Source of the DNA: an uncultured delta proteobacterium
GTDB lineage: Bacteria > Myxococcota > Myxococcia > Myxococcales > Myxococcaceae
Direction of reading: 5' to 3'
Length of the DNA stretch: 64,000 bases
NCBI GenBank assembly: GCA_963771175.1
Contig: CAVYSY010000002.1
Coordinates: 1 to 64,000 of the forward strand
Every line of letters begins with the position of its first letter. Position 1 is the first letter of the stretch. Shown here piece by piece: positions 58,636 to 64,000 of the stretch. Under the pieces are notes generated by a model. It searched no databases, was not told the DNA's origin, and worked only from the letters and a program-made list of their open reading frames with translations. The position numbers were made by a program, and so were the translations under genes.

Positions 58636-60098
58636 GAGGCTGCCTCCAGGGCGTCGTCGTCCTCATCCTCCTTGGAGCGCTTCATGGTGCGCCCCGCCAC
58701 CTCGTACTGCTTGAGGAGACGGCGGAAGTTGGAGCGATCGACGCCCGCGGCGCGCGCGGCGCTGGAGACGTTGTGGTTGTGCTTCTCGAGCAGCGCGGTG
58801 AGGTAGCGCCGCTCGAAGGCGCGCATGGCCAGCCGCTTCGCCTGGGCGTACGGCAGGTGCGCGAGGCTGAAGACCTCGACCTGGGCGCCGGCCTGCGGCG
58901 CGTCCTGGAAGCCCGGCGGCAGGTCGTCGGCGTCCAGCACCTCCTTGGAGGTGAGCACCACCGCGCGCTCGATGACGTTCTCCAGCTCGCGCACGTTGCC
59001 CGTCCAGCGGTTGCAGGTGAGGGCCTCCATGGCGCGCGGCGTGAAGCCCGTCACCTTCCGGCCCACCTTCGCCGCGTACAGCTTGAGGAAGTGGTGCGCC
59101 AGCAGCGGGACGTCCTCGGGGCGCTCGCGCAGCGGCGGCAGGTCGATGGTGATGACGTTGAGCCGGTAGAACAGGTCCTCGCGGAACTTGCCCTGCTCCT
59201 TGGCCCGGTTCAGGTCCACGTGCGTGGCGGCGATGACGCGCACGTCCACCTTCACCGGCTCGTTGGCGCCCACGCGCTTGACCTCGCCCTCCTGCAGCAC
59301 GCGCAGCAGGCGCACCTGGGTGGCGGGCGGCACGTCGCCAATCTCGTCGAGGAAGAGGGTGCCGCCGTCGGCCGCCTCGAAGAGGCCCTTCTTGTTGCGA
59401 GGTGGCGCCGGTGAAGCTGCCCTTGACGTGGCCGAAGAGCTCGCTCTCCAGCAGCGTGTCCGTGAGCGCCGAGCAGTTGACCGCCACGAAGGGCTTGTCC
59501 TTGCGCGCGCTGCGGTAGTGGATGGCCCGCGCCACCAGCTCCTTGCCCGTGCCGCTCTCGCCCTGGATGAGCACCGTGGCCGTCGAGTGGCTCACCGTCT
59601 CCACCAGCTTGAAGACGCTCGCGCATCTGCGCCGACTGGCCGATGAGCTCCTCGAACTGGTTGCGCGACGGTGAGCGCCTCCTCCAGCGCGCGGGTCCGG
59701 TCCCTCAGCGCCTTGCGCTCGGCGGCCTTGGCCACCGTCATGCTCACTTCGTCGATGTTCTCGAAGGGCTTGGTGAGGTAGTCGTACGCCCCGGCCTTCA
59801 CCGCCTCCACCGCCGTCTCCACGGTGGCGAAGGCGGTCATCATGATGACCTCCACCTCCGGCCGCGCCGCCTTGATACCGCGCAGCAGGTCCATGCCGGA
59901 CAGGTTGGGCATCTTGATGTCCAGGATGGCCACGTCGATGGACGGGTCCTTCGCCGCCGTCAGTCCCTCCACGGCGTCGTCGATGGAGACGACCTGGTAG
60001 TCCTCCCGCTTGAGGATGGACGTGACCGCCTTGAGGACGATCTGATCGTCATCCACGACCAGGATCTTCGCGCGCTTGGCAGATGGCTGCGGGTTCAC
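58632..60098 (-). CDS. Sigma54-dependent response regulator (REC-AAA-HTH); HsfA-like by domain layout and context
   Basis: REC (VVDDD, LDIKMP), [40 protein letters not shown]; frameshifted. Confidence 0.9.
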
Positions 60099-61712
60099 GG
60101 CAACCTCTCGAGCTGCAGGGGGATGGGGATGTAGACGGTGAAGCGCGAGCCCTCACCCATCTGGGTGTCCACCTTGAAGACCCCACCATGGTCCTCGATG
60201 ATGCGGTACGCGATGGAGAGCCCCAGGCCGGTGCCCTGGCCGGGTGGCTTGGTGGTGAACGCCGGATCGAAGATGCGCGCCAGGTGGCGCTCCTCGATGC
60301 CCGCCCCCGTGTCGACGACGCGGAAGAAGCAGCGATCTCCGTCCCGGCCGGTCTCCAGAGTCAGCAATCCCCCCTCGGGCGGCAGTGCATGCAGCCCGTT
60401 CTGCAGCAGGTTGAGCATCACCTGCGCCAACTGTCCCGGGTCTCCGAACAGCTCCGGCAGGTCCGGCGCCAGCTTCAGCTCCATCCGCACCTTGGAGTAG
60501 GACTTGAGCTGCGCCCCGAAGAGCACCGCCGAGTCCTCCGCGCACCTGTTGAGCTGGAAGGCCCGGCGATCCTCCGTCCGGCTGTGCCGGCTGAACTTCA
60601 GCAGGCTCTCCACGATGCGCTTGCAGCGCAGTGCGCTCTCCTCGATGAGCTCCAGCGACTCGATGTCGGCGGCGCTGCGGCCCTCGTCGCGCTTCATCAG
60701 CTGCGCGAAGGCGAGGATGCCGCCCAGCGGGTTGTTGATCTCGTGCGCCACGCCGCCGGCGAGCTGACCCACCGCCGCCATCTTCTCGCGTCTCGATGAG
60801 CCGGCGCGTCAGCTCGCGCTCGTCGGTGATGTCCCGGTAGGAGCACACCGCCCGCCCCTCGCCCGTCAGCGGATAGGCCGCCACCGCGTAGGCGCGCCCG
60901 CGCTGGGAGATCTCCGCGCGAGCACCCCGGCCGCTCTCCATGGCCCCCGGCAGCGGGCAGCCCTGGCAGGGCGTGTCCCGGTCGAACAGCAGCTTGTGGC
61001 AGGGCTGCTCGCCGCCGCCCTCCTCGGACAGCGGCTCCGCGAGCCGGCTGCCCGCGAGGTCCGTGTACGCGCGGTTGGCGCGGCGCACCCCGTAGTCCTT
61101 GGCGCGCACCACCGCCATGGGCGACTCGATGGAGTCGAAGGACAGCTCCCACTCGCGCTTGGCCTGGCTCAGCAGGTGGGTGCGCAGCGCCACGCGCGTC
61201 TCCAGCTCCGCGTTGAGCCGCCGCAGCTCCTCGTTCTGCTGCTGCGTCACCCGCAGCAGCCGCTCGTTCTCCGCCTGGAGCGCGTACTGCTCGAACGCGC
61301 TCTTGACCGTCAGCACCAGATGGCTGTCGTTCCAAGGCTTGGAGATGAACCGGAAGATCTCCGACCGGTTGATGGCCTCCTCGATCGCCTGCTGATCGGC
61401 CTGGCCGGTGAGCATGATGCGCTGGGCCCGCGGCACCTGCGCCTTCACCCGGCTGAGGAACTCCACGCCGTTCATCCCCGGCATCCTGAAGTCGGAGATC
61501 ACCACCTCGGGCGTGAAGCGCTCGAGGGCCTTGAGGCCCTCCTCCGCATCAGAGGCCGTCTCGATCTGCCAATCGCCCCGACGAAGCACCCGCCGGATGG
61601 ACTTCAGGATGTACTCCTCGTCGTCCACCAGCAGCAGCCGTCCGCGTGGCACCGCTCCCTGTGTCTGCGCCAGTTCCAGTGGCAACCTCGTCTGGGTCCG
61701 AGACCCGAGCAT
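60095..61712 (-). CDS. Hybrid REC-histidine kinase (HsfB-like); one frameshift
   Basis: N-terminal REC (LVDDE, SDFRMP), AHEINNP H-box, N box, DTGAG, FTTKPPGQGTGLGL. Confidence 0.9.
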
Positions 61713-61862
61713 TTGCAATGACGCTGCCAACGTCCAACACCTCGCAAAGCGCCCGGATACCGGGTACTTCCGCACCCGGGGCTCGCTCCCACCCTGGGTC
61801 CCTTCATACCCTGACCCTCAAATCGGGTCAATGATGACCCAGCCCGAGAGGGAGGAGAAGCG

Positions 61863-62807
61863 TCAGCGGGGGGCGGAGCCGTCGAGCGGCGCGGGGGTGG
61901 CGTGGAGGCAGATGCGGTTCCGGCCCTCGCTCTTGGCGCGGTAGAGGGCCTGGTCGGCGGAGCGCACGAGCTGCTCGGGGCTGTTGACCGCCTGGTGGGG
62001 GAACGAGGCGATGCCCAACGAGGCGGTGACGGCCAGGCGGCGCTGGGGCCCGGTGCGCAAGGCGCCGACCTCGCGCCAGACGCGCTCGGCCACCGTGAGC
62101 GCGCCGGCCAGCGGGGTGCGCGGCAGGAGGATGGCGAACTCCTCGCCGCCATAGCGAGCGAGCAGGTCCGTCTCGCGCACGCTGCGCTGGAGGGCGGCGG
62201 CCACGTCGCACAGCACGGTGTCGCCCACCTGGTGGCCGTGCTCGTCGTTGAAGGCCTTGAAGTGGTCCAGGTCGATGAGGATGAGCGACAGCGGATCGTC
62301 GTAGCGCTGGGCCCGACGGAACTCCTCGCGCAGCCGGTCCTGGAAGTAGCGGTGGTTGTGGACCTGGGTCAGCCCGTCGGTGATGGAGAGGCGCTCCAGG
62401 GAGTGCACCCGCGCGGTGAGAGCTCGTTCAGGCGCTGCCGCTCGTGGAGGCAGCGGGCCATGCGGGCCAGCAGCTCCTCCGTGTCCACGGGGGTGCGCAC
62501 CACCTCGGCGCCAAGCCTCAGCGCGGCCAGCACCGCCGCGCGCTCCTCGGCGGGCACGAGCGCGATGAGGGCGGGGCCCAGCCCGTTCGTCATCCCGGGC
62601 CACCAGGTGCTGCAGCAGCGCCCGGGAGGGCCCGCCCGCGGGACCCAGGACGAGGAGCACCAGATGGGCTTCGTCGATGAGACGCTGGGCCTCCGAGCCG
62701 GCGGAGACCAACCGGACGGAGAACCCCTCCTGCTCCAGCGCGCTCGCGAGGCCCGCCTGCCGCTCGGGCAGCTCGTCCACCAGCAGAATCAGGCGCCTGT
62801 CTCCCAC
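61863..62807 (-). CDS. Diguanylate cyclase with a receiver-like N-terminus (frameshifted)
   Basis: DGLT, DLDHFK..ND..GH..GD, RETD I-site, RYGGEEF. Confidence 0.9.
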   Translation of the reverse strand: MGDRRLILLVDELPERQAGLASALEQEGFSVRLVSAGSEAQRLIDEAHLVLLVLGPAGGPSRALLQHLVARDDERAGPRPHRARARRGARGGAGRAEAWRRGGAHPRGHGGAAGPHGPLPPRAAAPERALTARVHSLERLSITDGLTQVHNHRYFQDRLREEFRRAQRYDDPLSLILIDLDHFKAFNDEHGHQVGDTVLCDVAAALQRSVRETDLLARYGGEEFAILLPRTPLAGALTVAERVWREVGALRTGPQRRLAVTASLGIASFPHQAVNSPEQLVRSADQALYRAKSEGRNRICLHATPAPLDGSAPR

Positions 62808-62942
62808 ATCTTCTCCCCACCACGAGCCAAGCTCCGAAGCTACCACGCCAGCCCCACCTCGGCGACCGTTGGATTGCGCTTGCCCCGCGATGTTTGATAC
62901 CCACCCGCCTCTGTCACGGTAGCGCTCCTCCGAGGTTCCATC

Positions 62943-63746
62943 GTGGGCAACTCCCCTCCCAGCATCAGCCTCTTCTTCCCCGCCTGGAACGAGGAGGACT
63001 ACGTCGAGCGCTCGGTCTCCCGCGCCCTGGAAGTGCTCCCCAAGCTGACGAACGACTTCGAGATCATCGTCGTCAACGACGCCTCCACGGACCGCACCCA
63101 GGAGATTTGCGAGGAGATGGCCGCGCGCATCCCCCAGCTCCGGGTGATCACCCACCCGGTCAACCTGAAGCTGGGCGGGGCGATGCGCACCGGCATGTCC
63201 GCGTCCACCAAGGACATCGTGGTGTACTCGGACATCGACCTGCCCTTCGACCTGAGGGAGCTGGAGCGGGCCCTGCACCTGATGAAGTACCTGGAGGCGG
63301 ACATGATCTGCGCCTTCCGGTTCGACCGCACCAGCGAGGGACCGAAGCGCATCGTCTACTCGTTCGCCTACAACCTGCTCATCCGCACGCTGTTCGGTGT
63401 CCACGTCAAGGACATCAACTTCAGCTTCAAGGTGATGCACCGGCGGGTGCTGGAGGCGGTGGAGCTCAACAGCCAGGGCTCGTTCATCGACGCCGAGCTG
63501 GTGGTGAAGGCCATCCACCAGGGCTTCAAGGTCTTCCAGATGGGCGTGGACTACTTCCCGCGCACGCGCGGCGTGTCCACGCTGTCCTCGCCCACCGTCA
63601 TCCTGAAGATGGTGCGGGAGCTGATGAAGCTGTACCCGGAGACGCGCCACCCCCAGGTGGCCAGGCGCCCGGTGCGGCTGCCGCCCACGGTGGCCACGCT
63701 GCACGGCACGGCGCGCGAGCGCGAGCGGACGCGCGGCCACGGGTAA
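62943..63746 (+). CDS. GT2 glycosyltransferase
   Basis: FFPAWNEE, VNDASTD, DID, KDINFSFK. Confidence 0.9.
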   Translation: MGNSPPSISLFFPAWNEEDYVERSVSRALEVLPKLTNDFEIIVVNDASTDRTQEICEEMAARIPQLRVITHPVNLKLGGAMRTGMSASTKDIVVYSDIDLPFDLRELERALHLMKYLEADMICAFRFDRTSEGPKRIVYSFAYNLLIRTLFGVHVKDINFSFKVMHRRVLEAVELNSQGSFIDAELVVKAIHQGFKVFQMGVDYFPRTRGVSTLSSPTVILKMVRELMKLYPETRHPQVARRPVRLPPTVATLHGTARERERTRGHG

Positions 63747-63750
63747 CGAG

Positions 63751-64000
63751 GTGAGACAGGCTCGCACACGGCTCGTCGTCAACGCGGACGACCTCGGGCT
63801 GCACCCGGCCCTGGACGCGGGCATCCTCCGGGCCCACCGCGAGGGCATCGTCACCAGCGCGACCGTGCTGGTGGGCGGCCCCAGCGTGGAGGAGGCCGTG
63901 GCGAAGGCGCGGGCGCAAGGACTGGCCCTGGGCGTCCACCTCGCCCTCTCCACCCAACTGCCCCCGGCCGCTCCCGCCTCGCACGTGCCCACGGTGGCCC
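63751..64000 (+). CDS. ChbG/HpnK (YdjC) family deacetylase, partial
   Basis: RLVVNADDLG...GIVTSAT...LGVHL. Confidence 0.85.
   Translation, partial: MRQARTRLVVNADDLGLHPALDAGILRAHREGIVTSATVLVGGPSVEEAVAKARAQGLALGVHLALSTQLPPAAPASHVPTVA

Overview
High-GC myxobacterial chromosome segment (Archangium/Cystobacter-like, inferred from the MYXO-CTERM tail, gene content and synteny). The sequence has many single-base indels, even in essential genes (frr, pyrH, rpsB, secA), so most frameshifts are probably uncorrected long-read errors. Layout: (1) ~0.3-9.0 kb lower-GC nucleotide-sugar/glycosyltransferase island (rfbF, C-methyltransferase, two SDRs, GT2s, deacetylase). (2) Phytase-like MYXO-CTERM protein, MFS transporter and patatin. 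(3) 13.7-19.8 kb accessory patch: HEAT-repeat gene, stand-alone CHAT/caspase-like gene, IS1380-family element, and a ~1.2 kb ORF-poor segment bounded by ~120-bp diverged inverted repeats that hides a frameshifted gene with a HEPN-like RNGLSH motif. (4) GT4/GT2 cluster, large GltD/PyrK-like flavoprotein, sixA, cyaY. (5) Core genes frr, pyrH, tsf, rpsB, secA, recN, SNF2 helicase, apt. (6) TetR operon with a clear promoter/operator: class III cyclase-like gene, AmpG/PAT-family MFS, CoaD-like, MBL hydrolase, followed by a 5'-nucleotidase. (7) REase-fold toxin/immunity pair. (8) nadK, rarA, hsfAB-like two-component system, diguanylate cyclase, GT2, YdjC-family deacetylase. No CRISPR array, rRNA or tRNA was recognised.
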